Of a stretch of 64,000 nt of DNA, positions 1-11,935 are shown piece after piece. Made by a program: the position numbers and the translations under genes. Origin of the DNA: Negaprion brevirostris (lineage: Eukaryota); NCBI GenBank assembly GCA_030324005.1, contig JARDVH010000099.1, positions 49,809,120 through 49,873,119 of the forward strand. Reading direction: 5' to 3'. Below the pieces are notes generated by a model. The model was not told the DNA's origin. It saw nothing but the letters and a program-made list of their open reading frames with translations, and ran no database searches. The first letter of the stretch is position 1. Every line of letters starts with the position of its first letter.

Positions 1-228
1 TAAGACTTGATTAGCTGTAAAGACTTGCATTCTAATCAGTATTCTGTAAACTGAGTGTGTGCCCTTATATGCCTTGTTTGTGATCAGAACTCCCCACTCA
101 TCTGACGAAGAGGCAAAGCCCCGAAAGCTAGTGGCATTTACTACCAAATAAACTTGTTGGGCTTTAACCTGAAGTTGTGAGATTTCTTACTGTGTTTACC
201 CCAGTCCAACGCCGGCATCTCCACATCA
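1..228 (+). mobile_element. Penelope-like element terminal fragment with hammerhead-like core
   Basis: CTGACGA-A-stem-GAAA-GCTA-GTGG at 102-134, then AATAAA and a tail shared (inverted) with 4325-4410. Confidence 0.7.
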
Positions 229-420
229 TGTTTAGAAGCACCTTATCTGGAAATAGTAGTTCCATTTTCTCTTAGAAAATCACCCTGCAGCAATTCAGCC
301 AGTGGCTGACTGTACATTTTCAGTAAACTTTCGGTTTGTGTTCATTTTAACAAATAAAACTCAGGTCTTATTTAAAGTTCAATATTTCATGTGTAGTTGT
401 GTGGTCACTTTCTCCATCAT

Positions 421-1508
421 CGTGACAGGTGTAAGCAGTTAGAAAATTAAGATCATAAAACAGTTGGTGGGCTTACTTAGCTGGAGAATTGGAGGCAAGG
501 TATCTCCACTGCATTGCAAAGAAATGTAGCTCAGTCAGGTGTTTTGGAAGTTAGATCTTTTAAAACATTCATTGAGCCCTGGAAAGTTACATCTTCATGG
601 GCATGAATGGAGCTTAAGGAAGTTCTACGGTTTCAATTTATCTGTGTGTTTACTAGGGAATTGAGTGTTCTGCATCAGGGAAAAATGTCACATTGAAAAG
701 GTGTTGCTGTTGGCAAGCTCCAGGTTGCAGAAGTGTTGTTGTTAGATTTCTCTGTGATTCTGGGGCTCAGGAGAAGTCGCAGGAGTTGTCTGATGGCTCT
801 GTATAGTTAGGACTCAAGAGAAGTTCTGGGAAGCTGAGAAGATGGCAAAATGTCACTGACTCCGTGTTGAAAATGGCTAGGGACCAGAAGAAGCTTTGGG
901 ACCCCTTTGTAGCGTGGTGTAGCTGGAGAGATTGGAGTTAATTAAAATCCAACCGCGAAGCTAGCCAACCATTAAAGAGCTGAAATTTCACCAGTAGGAG
1001 TGCAGATTCAGAAATCCAAAGGAACGGAGTGTCAGGAGATGAGATGGGATGTGAAACCAGAGAGGCAGCCTGGGACAGCGCAGCCTTAAGGGAATTCAAA
1101 GGCTTGATCTTTGAAAATGAGAAACTTGGAGTCCCTCATGAGGGAGACAAAGTTTCAATGAAATTGGTTCATTCGCAGTGTTTACATTTGTCTGGATGGG
1201 TTGCTGAGAAGTCCATGGGATTCATCTTGGTCACATTTGCCATTTAAAGTACAGTGTGGAGTGTTAGATCACGGTTAATTCATATGTACCTCATATTAAT
1301 TTTGAACAAGAAAGCTATTGTAAATTGTTTTACTTGGTTAATCTTGTATAATAAAGCTCATATTTGTTTGTTCAAAACACATGGAATCTTTTGGTTTATT
1401 CTCCTAACAAGTGTCTTGAATCTCAAATTTTGCCCACATTAAACAAAACACTAATGGTCCCTAATGGGATCTTACTAAAAACTTTGGGGTTTGATCTAGG
1501 ATCATAAC
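421..1508 (+). mobile_element. Possible solo LTR (boundaries uncertain)
   Basis: ~1.1 kb distinct segment with AATAAA at ~1349 followed by a T-rich U5-like stretch ending ...GATCATAACA. No clear TSD or clean TG start. Confidence 0.35.
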
Positions 1509-1509
1509 A

Positions 1510-1652
1510 ACAGCACAGTGGGTGTTCCTATACCACACGGACTGCAGTAGTTCAGAAAGAAGTTCACCACCACCTTCTCAAAGACAATTAGGGATGGGCA
1601 ATGAATGTGGCCTGGTCAGTGATGCTGACATCCTGTGAATGACAAAAAAAAT
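1510..1652 (+). mobile_element. LINE 3' end (CR1/L2-like shark family)
   Basis: caccaccaccttctcaa...attagggatgggcaat... followed by an A-tail. The same family occurs inverted from 46760 and at ~58860-58990. Confidence 0.65.
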
Positions 1653-3108
1653 GAGTTGATTGCTCTGTTATTCAGAACTACTATTAAATTGCTCATTGAC
1701 ATACAGAACCACATATTGTAAGTATGGAATTATCTCTTCCACGTGCTAGACGATCAAATGAAATGAAAAATCAAAAGCAGACATGAGAACAGTCAATGGC
1801 AGAGAAAATCATCCAGTGTCAATTCACCAAAACAGATTAATCGTTCATCCGTCTCACTGCTACTTGTGAATCCTTATTGTGCACAAACTGGCTAGCTTGT
1901 TTACCTATAAAAAAAAGTGACTCCAAACTTCAATTGTAATTTGATGACTGTGAAACACTTTTGGAAAGGCACTATATAAATGCAATTACACACTCAGTTT
2001 CTTGAAGATCTTTTTAATTGGATGTAAAAGTTGTGGGGAAGATTAGCTCATTTTGGTTCATCCAGCATCAGTGAAAATGTATCAAGTAGCCAAACACTGC
2101 AGGGAGAAACACATCTACATAGCTGTGAACCAAAGAAAAAATGGAAATCGGATTAATGATACGGGAAAGGTCAAAGCCATCAGATGCATATCCTACATTA
2201 CAACTGTGATACTTTCAGATATCAAAGTTCATGAAAACTACTATATGAATGCAAGCTTGTCTTTTCCTTGAATATTAAGCAAATCCAGTTCCTACAGCAA
2301 TATGAGGGAGAAGGGAAGAGTAAAGAAAAATATCATTTTGGAACAGATTCAGGTAGGAAACATGTTGGGGGGGGAGGAGTCCTATGATCAATGAGATGGA
2401 GGAGACCAGCTGAGAAAGGAGCATACAAGAAAATTGAGGGTGTTGAATCTTAGGCTGGACTGTGCTCTTTGGTACAAAAACATATTAAGCAGTGTGCTAA
2501 AGAGCTCTCCCACAGTACATTCAATGTACTTGGTAGTCAGAATAATATACCCACTTTGTCATGAACTCAACCCAAAATCATTACATCAATACAAAAATGG
2601 CAGAATGAATGACTAAGTGAGACATGATGCAGATTTGTTTAAGGGTGTGGAGAAAGGGCAATGAGAAAGATAAAATGAATTTTAAAATAAAATATACAGA
2701 AATGAAAAAAATCAAAATTTTCAAAATGATTAGGTAAAACATATTGCAGTAAAACTGACAGGAACTGTCAGTTTTTAATTTGAGATCACAACTCCACCTT
2801 AAATGCTTTTGTGTTCCCCTTGAATCTACCAGTATGATTCACCATGTACAAATTGGCACATAATAAGTTCCCAGGACCTTCACATCTGAAGTTCCGAAAT
2901 CAGTCATGAGGAGATGCTTTGTGATTTCCTCTCCTTTGCTCCTGCACTTTGTATAATCTAAAGCCATTCAAATCAGTAAAATTGATGGCTTAGTCCAATA
3001 CAATCTGAGGTCTCCTACATTGGAATAATATATCTAAGCTAACGTCTGCTTACACTTAACTCAAGCCACAATATTGTGATTCAGACCAAGCAATTACACA
3101 CCTCAGCA

Positions 3109-3419
3109 TCATAGAATCATAGAATCCTTACAATACAGAAGGAGACTATGTGGCCCATCAAGTCTGTCCTGATCACAATCCCACCAAAGCCCTACTCCCA
3201 TGATCCACACACTTACCCTGCTAATACCCCTGACACTAGTGTCAATTGGCATGGCCAATCAACCCAACCCACACATCTTTGAACTGTGGGAGGCACCCGG
3301 AAGAAAACCCACACAGACATGGAAAAGATGCAAAATCCAGTGATCCAACACTGGAATTGAACCTGGGTCCCTAGCACTGTGAGGCAGCAGTGCTAACCAC
3401 TGTGCCACCGTGCTGCCCC
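3109..3419 (-). mobile_element. HE1-like tRNA-derived SINE
   Basis: Minus strand begins GGGGCAGCACGGTGGCACAGTGGTTAGCACTGCTGCCTCAC with B-box GGTTCAATTCC and ends in an (ATTCTATG)n CR1-type tail. Confidence 0.9.
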
Positions 3420-4324
3420 AGCAGCCTTTATCTCTTCCAGAACTCACATGCGATGCCAGCAATGAAGTTTCATGCGCAGTTTATCCTGCCTATAGAACTG
3501 AATCCCACGTAGTGCTCTCACCTGGAGCTCTGCAGATTATATTCACAAATCCAAATGTAGATTTAAACATAATGTGTTGAAACAGAGCTGCTGAAGTATA
3601 TACTGGACAATGGGAATCCATTGCCCCAATACAAAGGTACGTCCTGGCACTTCATGGATCAGGACATTGAGGTTTTATCAAATTTCACCACCACACTGTA
3701 AAAGGTTTTCTAGCTTAGTTTCAATTTTAAGTCCAAGGTTATAGTAAAATAAACATTAGCTGTTGTTTTTGGACTACAAAACTACCTTTTGGAATTCTGT
3801 TGCATAAATGGCCTTGAGAGTGAAATAATGCCCTCGTTGTTTGGTTTTGAGAAATATAGTACATTTCTGGAACCTGCTGTTCAAGAGTTTACCACAAAAT
3901 AATCAATGTTTTTGCACTGAGAGTTCAAGTTTGCATTCATTCCAATAGTGCTCAGACACTGGGTTGAATTTTCCCAAAAAATGGTGAAAAAACCGGCATG
4001 TTTCTCTTCAACTCTTAGGACACTGCCAAAAAAAAATCAAGGGCGTGTGTTTCATGCCGTCATATGGGGGGGCAGGGCCACATCACACCAGCAAGACTCA
4101 GCTGCGCAGAAATTGGACACCATCTTAAAGGAGCACCCTGATCAAAACCTTAGTAAACCTCCCCCCAAGCTCACCACAGAGGTCCCAAGGCCTCCACCCT
4201 CAATTGGAGTGGGCACTTCCCTATCCCCCACCCTGCTACTGCGATTACTGGCTGCTTCCTCCCCACCCCTGACAGTCTGAGCTGGCACACACCTTGTCCA
4301 CCCCTTGGCACAGGTTGGTACAAT

Positions 4325-4512
4325 GGGGAGATGCCGGCATTGGACTGGGGTAAACACAGTAAGAAGTCTCACAACACTAGGTTAAAGTCCAGCAGGATTA
4401 TTTGGTAGCAAAAGCCACTAGCTTTCGGAGCACTGCTCCTTCATCAGGTGAGTGATAAATCTCACCTGATAAATAAACCTGTTGGACTTTAACCTGGTGT
4501 GAGACTTCTTAC
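4325..4512 (-). mobile_element. Penelope-like fold-back fragment (inverted partial terminal repeats)
   Basis: 4325-4453 is the reverse complement of the 1-228 family. 4461-4512 repeats part of it in the opposite orientation, giving a long hairpin. Confidence 0.7.
4415..4453 (-). ncRNA. Minimal type I hammerhead ribozyme motif (Penelope-associated)
   Basis: Minus strand reads ACTCAC CTGATGA A GGAGC AGT GCTCC GAAA GCTA GTGG: intact CUGAUGA and GAAA core, 5-bp stem II, palindromic AGCU helix III, CAC/GUG helix I. Confidence 0.7.
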
Positions 4513-5516
4513 AGGCTGGCACTGCCAGGTTGGCATGGGGACTATATTTAAATGGTGCCAGCGTGACGATACATTGGTGCCCACTGAATATCCGGTGAGG
4601 AGGGAAGTCCCAGAGAGAGTGCTCGCTAATGACCTGCTAATGTATTAAAATGAGCACACAACTCTGCCAACAAGGGGCCAGTAAAATTGGAACTCAGAAA
4701 CTCACTGGCATGGATAGTGCTCTCTGGATTTTGAGCATGCGCCGCCACTCCCACAGACAGAGAGTGCGAGCTCCAAATCGCCTGCACTGCTTTAAAAAGA
4801 CTGAATGATAGAAACAACCTGTGATAAACATAATGCTGTGAGTATTTATTACTTCTGATTAATGTAGATGAAATAGCTCTGGTGTTGTAAAGCAGATTAG
4901 CCAAGATAATAAAAATCCTCTACTATTTGGAGTAGAATGCACAATTTTAATCGATGGACCACCACCATTCCTCCAGCTGTGCATTTCCCTATTACACTTC
5001 CAACGTTCTAGCAAATACAAACATAAAATACTCCTTCACCAGATTAACAGGGATTGATAGAGCATAGTGTTTGGAATTGGCAGTGGTCTCCAAAAGATCA
5101 CCCATTATGCTTTTACAAACCACTTGCTTTATTAACTTAAAATGGACTCTTCACTGTCTGCTGTATACCCATATTGAGAGACAATGATGGCACTTGCAGA
5201 GAAAGCAAGAACAGATATATATTTTATAATACCTTTGCAACGTCAGGACAATCCAAGGTGGAACACAACCAATTAAGTCATTTTGGCAACAGCCACCTGG
5301 TGCACAAAGTGCCACAAATATCAAAGAGATAACTGGCCTGTTAATTTGTATTGGTGGTATTAGTTGAACTGATGTGGGCAGGATACCAGAAGATCCTCCT
5401 GCTCTGAGTTGCATAGTGCCTCTGGCCACTGGGCCTTGTTTGACATTTGATCCAAAAATGTGTATCTCAAAATGTGCAACTCTTCCTCAATATTCCCATG
5501 AAACATCAATCTAGTT

Positions 5517-6688
5517 CAGAAGTCCCCAAACTGGATTCCGCAGAACTCTGCAGTTCCATCAGATACATCAGGGATTCTGTGGTAGGCCAGGCTGACATAT
5601 TAAGTTTGAACAATGCTATGATGCTTAATCAGAGGTTGGTTTCTCCCTGCACTGGCTGCTGATAGGTGCATTGGTAAGCCTATGGACACCCAATGTAGCG
5701 AGAAGCCAGCCTCTGATCGGCAATGCTGGAAAAATTAGAAAGTAAGTAACCAAAGGTCCAGGCCAGAGCGAGAGCGAGGAAGAGAGTGGACAATGAAGTG
5801 AGGTAGGCAGCGGGCAAGGAGGGAAAGAGAAGTAGCCATCGAGCGAAGAAAACAGAGAGATGAGATAGAGTGTGTGCACGTATGACATGTCTGTGTGAGA
5901 GGGAAATGAGAGTCTGAGTGTGTATGGGTGTGACGGTGTGAAAGAGAGATGAGAATATGTGTGTGTGCGTGAGGTGTGTGTGAGAGAGAGGTGAAAGCGT
6001 GAGTGTATATATACATGAAAGAGAGAGATGTTCATGCGTGAGAGAGAACTGAGAATGTGAGTGTTTATGTGTGAGTGACATGAGAATGTATGTGTGTGTG
6101 AGAGAGAGTAAGAGAATTGGAAGTGAGTGTGTGTCTGAGGAGAGCAGGGGGGTGGGCTTATGCATGTGTGTCTACGTGAGAGAGAGAGTGTGTGTGTATG
6201 AGTGTGTATATATGAGTGAACGAATAAATGTGTGAGTGAGTAACAGCGAGAGAGAGGTGGCTGAGAGTGTGTATATATCTGTGTGAGAGAAAGTGGGTGT
6301 GTGTGTATAAGAGAGAGATTGTGTGTGTGAGTGGATGTGTGTGCAGACAAGACAATGCGTGTGTCTGTTTGACATGAGAATCCAGCTTTCCAGCAGTGTT
6401 CCAAATATTGAATGAATTTGTAAACAAAAGAGGCAACATCATTCCTCTCGTTAAGAATGATAAAAAAAAGACTGAAGTATTTTGTTGAATGAAGTAACTT
6501 TTTAAATAATAATACATGTATACATATAAGAAAGAGTAAATGCTTCTATGCATTTGTTTTTGTATGTTTGCGCATCACTTTTTTACGGTTCAACTCTTCA
6601 ACATGAGCAGAATGATTCTCATGGGTTCCAGTGGTATATTTCAGAAGGACAAAAGGATTCTGTGGCTGGAAAAATTTGGGAAACCCTG
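5517..6688. mobile_element. Non-autonomous hAT (Charlie/Buster-like) element
   Basis: Degenerate TIRs CAGAAGTCCCCAAA ... TTTGGGAAACCCTG, flanked by 8-bp ATCTAGTT and ATCAAGAT (6/8 identical, resembling the NTCTAGAN target). Confidence 0.65.
5850..6370. repeat. Degenerate (GA)n/(GT)n low-complexity tract
   Basis: Mixed gagaga/gtgtgt runs that generate the His/Thr/Ser/Leu-rich spurious ORFs. Confidence 0.9.
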
Positions 6689-6779
6689 ATCAAGATTATA
6701 TAATCAAGTCAATAATGGGCATGGGATACTAAACTATGAAAGAACATCAAAGCAGCATCATTGAGTATGACTCTGAGTA

Positions 6780-7340
6780 TCTCAAGTAGTATTGGATCAA
6801 AGGAAATCCTTCAATCGCAGAAGTCCTGCATGACACAAAGGAAGATGGTTGTGGTTACTGGAGACCAATGGCCAAATTCTGAGGGCACAACTGCAGGAGT
6901 GTGTCAGGGAAGCATCCCTTGAACCAATCATCCTCAGCTAGTTCATGAAAAATTTTCACATCATGAAGAGTGGGGCTACTCACCAATGATTCCATAGCGT
7001 TAATTTCTATTCACAACTCATCTAATAATTAGGTAGTGGATGTCAATCCATAGCAGAACCTGGATAAGATCTAGGTAAGGTTTGACGTGTAGTAGGTAAG
7101 GTTCTTGTCACGTGTGTATCAGATAATGGCTGTATCCAACAAGAGAAAATCAAGATACTTTTCATTGACTTTGAACAGCACTGAGTCCCCCACATCAATA
7201 TCTTGGAATTTATTACTGACCAGAAGCTTAAATGGACCAACCATAAAAACACTGGCTACAAGGACAGCAGTAAAGCTCACAGGTTACATACTCCACACTC
7301 CTCAAAGCTTATTTGCCATCTACAAGATTCAAGAAACTGA
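6780..7340 (+). mobile_element. Decayed LINE reverse-transcriptase fragment
   Basis: Degenerate RT-like nucleotide stretches (ctgcaggagtgtgtcagggaagcatcc...; ccccacatcaatatcttgg...) resembling the family whose 3' end is at 1510. Confidence 0.5.
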
Positions 7341-8989
7341 CAGGATATTTACTTCTCATATTTACTTCTTAGGAGTGTCTAGCCCTGCCAGTGGCACTGC
7401 TGATTGTTCAGAGCTGCTGGCCCTCTGATCAGGCAGCATCAGAAGTTCACCCACCATCCTTAAATGAACAGTGGACATACAGATGGCCATTTAGGCCAAT
7501 GGCTGGAGTAAAATTGCCCAGCAGGTTCCATTGTCTGCAAATGCAGGCTGCAGACCCACTTTTCAGCCTGGTGCCAGAGCCCAAAGCCTGTGGCAAAATG
7601 ATGTTCCACTGCAGTTCTGAAAAAAAATCTTTCACAAACTCAGGACGTTCCAAAGTTCCAAACCACCAATGAAGTACTTTTTGAAGTATAGTCAATGTTT
7701 TAATGTAGCAACACACCAAGGGGTTTGTAAACAGCAAATTCCCACAAATAGTAATATGATAATCATCTCATGATCAGCTTTTGAGAAAGGGGGTGAATAT
7801 TNNNNNNNNNNNNNNNNNNNNNNNNNNNNNNNNNNNNNNNNNNNNNNNNNNNNNNNNNNNNNNNNNNNNNNNNNNNNNNNNNNNNNNNNNNNNNNNNNNN
7901 NNNNNNNNNNNNNNNNNNNNNNNNNNNNNNNNNNNNNNNNNNNNNNNNNNNNNNNNNNNNNNNNNNNTACACCTGTGGTGGGGAAAGATAGTCTGACCTA
8001 GATGTGATGCTGACTCTAACCCATCACTCTAGGATGCTGGATAATATGGCAGCCCACCAATTATCAGCTGCTGGGGGGTTTTCTAGCCGACAACCTTTTT
8101 GGAAGGTGGACCACAATGGGGCTCAGAAGGTGGATGCTGGGCACAGAGCTGGCAGCTTGTGACACAGAAAGAGGTCACAGCCACTCATTTAAAGAGATAG
8201 CTGGCATGGGCGTGTGTCAGGTACACCAGAGGTAAGTGTTCTGCTAAAGGAAGATTTTGGAACATTGAGTCAAGCGAATGTAAATTCTTAAATCATTTTG
8301 ACTATTTTCATAGAGAAATATAATTAAAGACTCTTGGCAGAGAAGACGCAGCCATGGAATGCATTCTCAGCATAATGTTAAAGTGAGAAGAGGCAAACTG
8401 GCTTCCCTCTATTCAACTCCACAGTTGATCATAATAGAGGTTTAAGTTCCCTTTTCACAAGGATATGCTTTTTCCAAATCAGAATGTATTTAACTATTTA
8501 AGCTCTAAGCAATAAGGAGCCAATGAAACAAAGTTTTCTTGAATCAATGCAACAGCAAATTTATTAAGTACTGAAGCTGAGGCACCTTGTGAGGGTACTA
8601 TATGAACATGTAGCTACCAGAGACTGAGATGGAGCATGCATCTGGCATTTGTAAAAGTGCTAGTGAAGATCCAGATGCTGAGATCCATTGGATGATGAGC
8701 CTCTGATCTTACCTATAAGGCGGTACTTGCTGGACATTCAGAGTGAGGTGTGTGAAGATGTGCCAGAGATACCAGAGGGATGTTGGAAGTGTCCATTCAA
8801 GTTATATGCACTGTGATAACCCACCCTTCAGAGTGCTTTGCTTCCTCCATGGAAAGACTGGCAACTGCCTTGGAGTGGCAGAACCAGCAGAAGCAATTAT
8901 GGGGATACACACTGACCTGCACACAATAGCCCAGCGCCAGGGACTTAGAGTCTGGACATTCAGCCTGGAAAACAGTATGCCTTAGTTTT

Positions 8990-9450
8990 TGGCTTAATGT
9001 TATTTTTAATTTCCTTGCTTAGCTATGGATGTTTCTCCCTCCCTTACAATCTTTCTTCCTTGCTGGAATATATTTTAGATGGAAGGAACTGAATATTTCC
9101 TTAAACATCTGCCACTGCTCATCTACAGTCGTAGCTTTTAGTTTTTGTGCCGAGTCAACTAGAGCCAAATCTGTCTTTATGCCTATGTAATTATCTTTGT
9201 TTAACTCCTGAATACTAGTATGGGACTCCAGTTTCTTGCCCTCAAACATCTAGCAAGCTATGATCACTTTTCCCTAGAGGATCCTTAACTATGAAATCAT
9301 TAACTAATCCCACTTCACTACACAACACTGAATCCTCAAAAGCCTGCTCCTTGGTTGCTTTCACAACATAATGTTCCAAGACACAATCTCTAATACATTC
9401 AATGGACTCTCCCTCAGGCTGTTCAGAGGCCTTGAATGCATGATTCAGTG
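8990..9450 (-). mobile_element. CR1 LINE ORF2 fragment (endonuclease/linker region)
   Basis: ECIRDCVLEHYV..ATKEQAFEDSVLCSE..V.DPLGKSDH and TVDEQWQMFKEIF...KYIP motifs typical of CR1 ORF2. Confidence 0.8.
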
Positions 9451-9599
9451 NNNNNNNNNNNNNNNNNNNNNNNNNNNNNNNNNNNNNNNNNNNNNNNNNN
9501 NNNNNNNNNNNNNNNNNNNNNNNNNNNNNNNNNNNNNNNNNNNNNNNCCGCTCCCCCCACCCCACCATAGATCTCACCATCAGAAGATTGACTGGTTTC

Positions 9600-10800
9600 T
9601 TGTGGCTCCTCTTCCTCCAGAGCATCCTTGTCTTACAGCACCAGGTTATACAGACAGCAGCACACACGGACCATCACATAGAACATACAGCCATGCTTCT
9701 TCTGATCTATCTCGGCATCAGGACCTCCTCTTTAGCAGCCCAATTGTCTCTATGGTGGCCCTACTGGTTCTGTAGATATAGGCATGACTGCTTCTGTTCA
9801 GGTGCGCTCATTGGCACAGTGAGCCATTTCTTCAAAAGGTAACGCTTGTCACCCAGCAGCCATCTATCCAAGGCATCAGGTGTGCTGGCTCAGAGTTCTT
9901 GAGAATGTAGTGTTCGAGGCTGCTTAATTTTTTGATTTTGGTCAAGTACTAAATGCAAATTCAGAGAGTGATAGCTCTTTTTGTTTATAAATATGCAGGG
10001 CTGTTGGAACCTTTATGGTGACATGAGTGCAGTGTATCACTCTGTGAACACTGGAGAAACCTATCATTGCAGGGAATCCTCTGGCTCATTCAAATTAATT
10101 ATGTCAGTCCAAAGTGACATGCCCATATGAACATTGTAATCAATGAAGACCTCTGTGCAGTGGTGGACAGCAGGTTATGTGATTTCACTCAGCTTCCCAC
10201 ACACAGCCTTAAATAATCCAGATACATACAAATTCAGCATGATCGTGATTGTCAGGACAAGTGGCATTGGATGATCCTTCCCACCCCTCCACTCTCATAA
10301 GAACATAAGAACATAAGAAATAGNNNNNNNNNNNNNNNNNNNNNNNNNNNNNNNNNNNNNNNNNNNNNNNNNNNNNNNNNNNNNNNNNNNNNNNNNNNNN
10401 NNNNNNNNNNNNNNNNNNNNNNNTTGCCTGCCACCCTTCTTAAACAACGGCGTAACATTAGCCGTTTTCCAATCTTCCGGCACTTCCCCGGAATCCAGCG
10501 CAACCCCCCTCCCCCACAAAGCACAAATCTTACATAGAAAAGGCGCCGTGGCTCTTGACAGCATGAGTCTCATTTGGCACTGTGTGAAGACATTTGAAAG
10601 TGTGTCATTCTCACTCTGTATATATGACCAGGAGGATAAAGCTTTCCTTACATATCCTGCCCTCATCAGCATCTTGCTCCTGTGCAGGTCACACACAGTC
10701 ATGTGCTTCCTCCCCTGAGCATCTGGTTTTCTTGCTCTCATTCTTATTCTCCTCCTCCTTCTCACTGGAGGATTTGTCTCCCAAGAAGATCACTATTCCC
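9600..10800 (-). pseudogene. Fossil PIF/Harbinger (HARBI1-like DDE) transposase, interrupted by a CR1 insertion
   Basis: Manual minus-strand translation across frameshifts gives QCQMRLMLSR..LC, MLNLYVSGLF..GKLSEIT*PAVHHC, GFSSVHRVIHCTHVTIKVP, FINKKSYHSLNLHLVLD, LLGDKRYLLKKWLTVP, RATIETIGLLKRR and VCCCLYNL, in the order expected for a Harbinger transposase. Confidence 0.8.
10296..10500 (-). mobile_element. CR1 LINE (gapped) inserted in the Harbinger fossil
   Basis: (CATAAGAA)n tail at 10296-10322 and SGEVPEDWKTANVTPLFKKG RT-proximal motif across the N gap. Confidence 0.85.
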
Positions 10801-11799
10801 ATGTTGCCCAAAGCACATAGGCTGAAGTCAAGTGAGGCACTAAGTCCACAAGTCTGCAGGCAAGTTTCAAAATTAAAACATCTATAGAGGACACTGAATA
10901 CACACCTTCCAAAAATAACTACTCTCATAATTCATGGCAAGCTGGATTTCTGAATTCAAACACTGAATCCAACTGCAGCCTTTAAACCTGCTCTGACAAG
11001 CAACCATGGGAAAAAGTGAGTTATCCACCTGGTGTTTTCCTACACATACTATTGCATTCAGCACGTATTTTTACAGTCAACTAGACTATTAATGAGTCAA
11101 ATACCTATTCATTTACAATTTGAGTACGGTCGGCAGACTCCCAATTCCTTAGGTCGTCAATATCATCGCTCTCCTGCATGAAGGCAGCCCAACAAAGTTC
11201 CAGCTGAAATGTAATCCGATATTTTCTACTGGATATTCTGTTGCTGTGAGCATACAGCATGTTATCCTGGAATGAGGCTGGAACCCACAACTTCCCTGAC
11301 TCAGAGGTGAGAATGTTATGGCATGTCTAGCTCACATTGAAGAGATAACCTTTTATCTTCTGAGTTGGAATAGTTAGGTGCGTAATTACTATAAATCTGC
11401 AATATGCCTCATGGCAGAATTACAGCAGGTAGGGCTCCCTCCCCAGTACTGTCACCCCACCACCCTGCCAGGAAATGAAAATAATACACAAATTGATCAG
11501 AGCTTCTTCACTTGTAAAAACATGTCGATTTCAATAATTGCTTTATTGAAATCTAAACTTGTCTCTTGTCCAAAAGCAAGGTTGTAAATATTGTGAGGTG
11601 ATACAACCAAATATGGTACTCAGGCCTCCTTAAAAGAGACAACATAGGGCTGTATATGAAGAACAAACAATTCATTTCTATATGCACTTTTCTTTCTTAC
11701 TCATTGGTTCGTTCTGTTTGAATTTTGTGCAGCTAATGGACTCAACAGTTTTATTTGGAATTTACAGTCCATAATTACAAAAGTCTGAGGTCACTTACC

Positions 11800-11935
11800 A
11801 ACCAATTCAAGAACCACTTCTTCCCTGCTGCTGTCAGACTTTTGAATGGACTTACATTGCATTAAGTTGATCTTTCCATACATTCTAGCTATGACTGTAA
11901 CACTAAATTCTGCACTCTCTCGTTTCCTTGCTTAT
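11800..11935 (+). mobile_element. Rex1/Babar-like LINE 3' fragment
   Basis: Reverse-complement match to 17107-17220. Confidence 0.65.

Larger units (their letters stand above)
3961..4800. mobile_element. Degenerate non-autonomous DNA transposon (Harbinger-like) hosting the Penelope insertion
   Basis: Starts GGGTTGAATTTTCCC, resembling the TIR family at 34036. GC-rich interior; right end uncertain. Confidence 0.4.

Noticed and set aside
3340-3419. tRNA genes at SINE heads (also ~18820, 44500, 46986, 55599, 59700)
   Set aside because: The A/B boxes run straight into SINE body and tail sequence, and no complete cloverleaf is evident.
5625-6553. Several 90-259 aa His/Thr/Ser-rich ORFs
   Set aside because: They are translations of a GA/GT low-complexity repeat.
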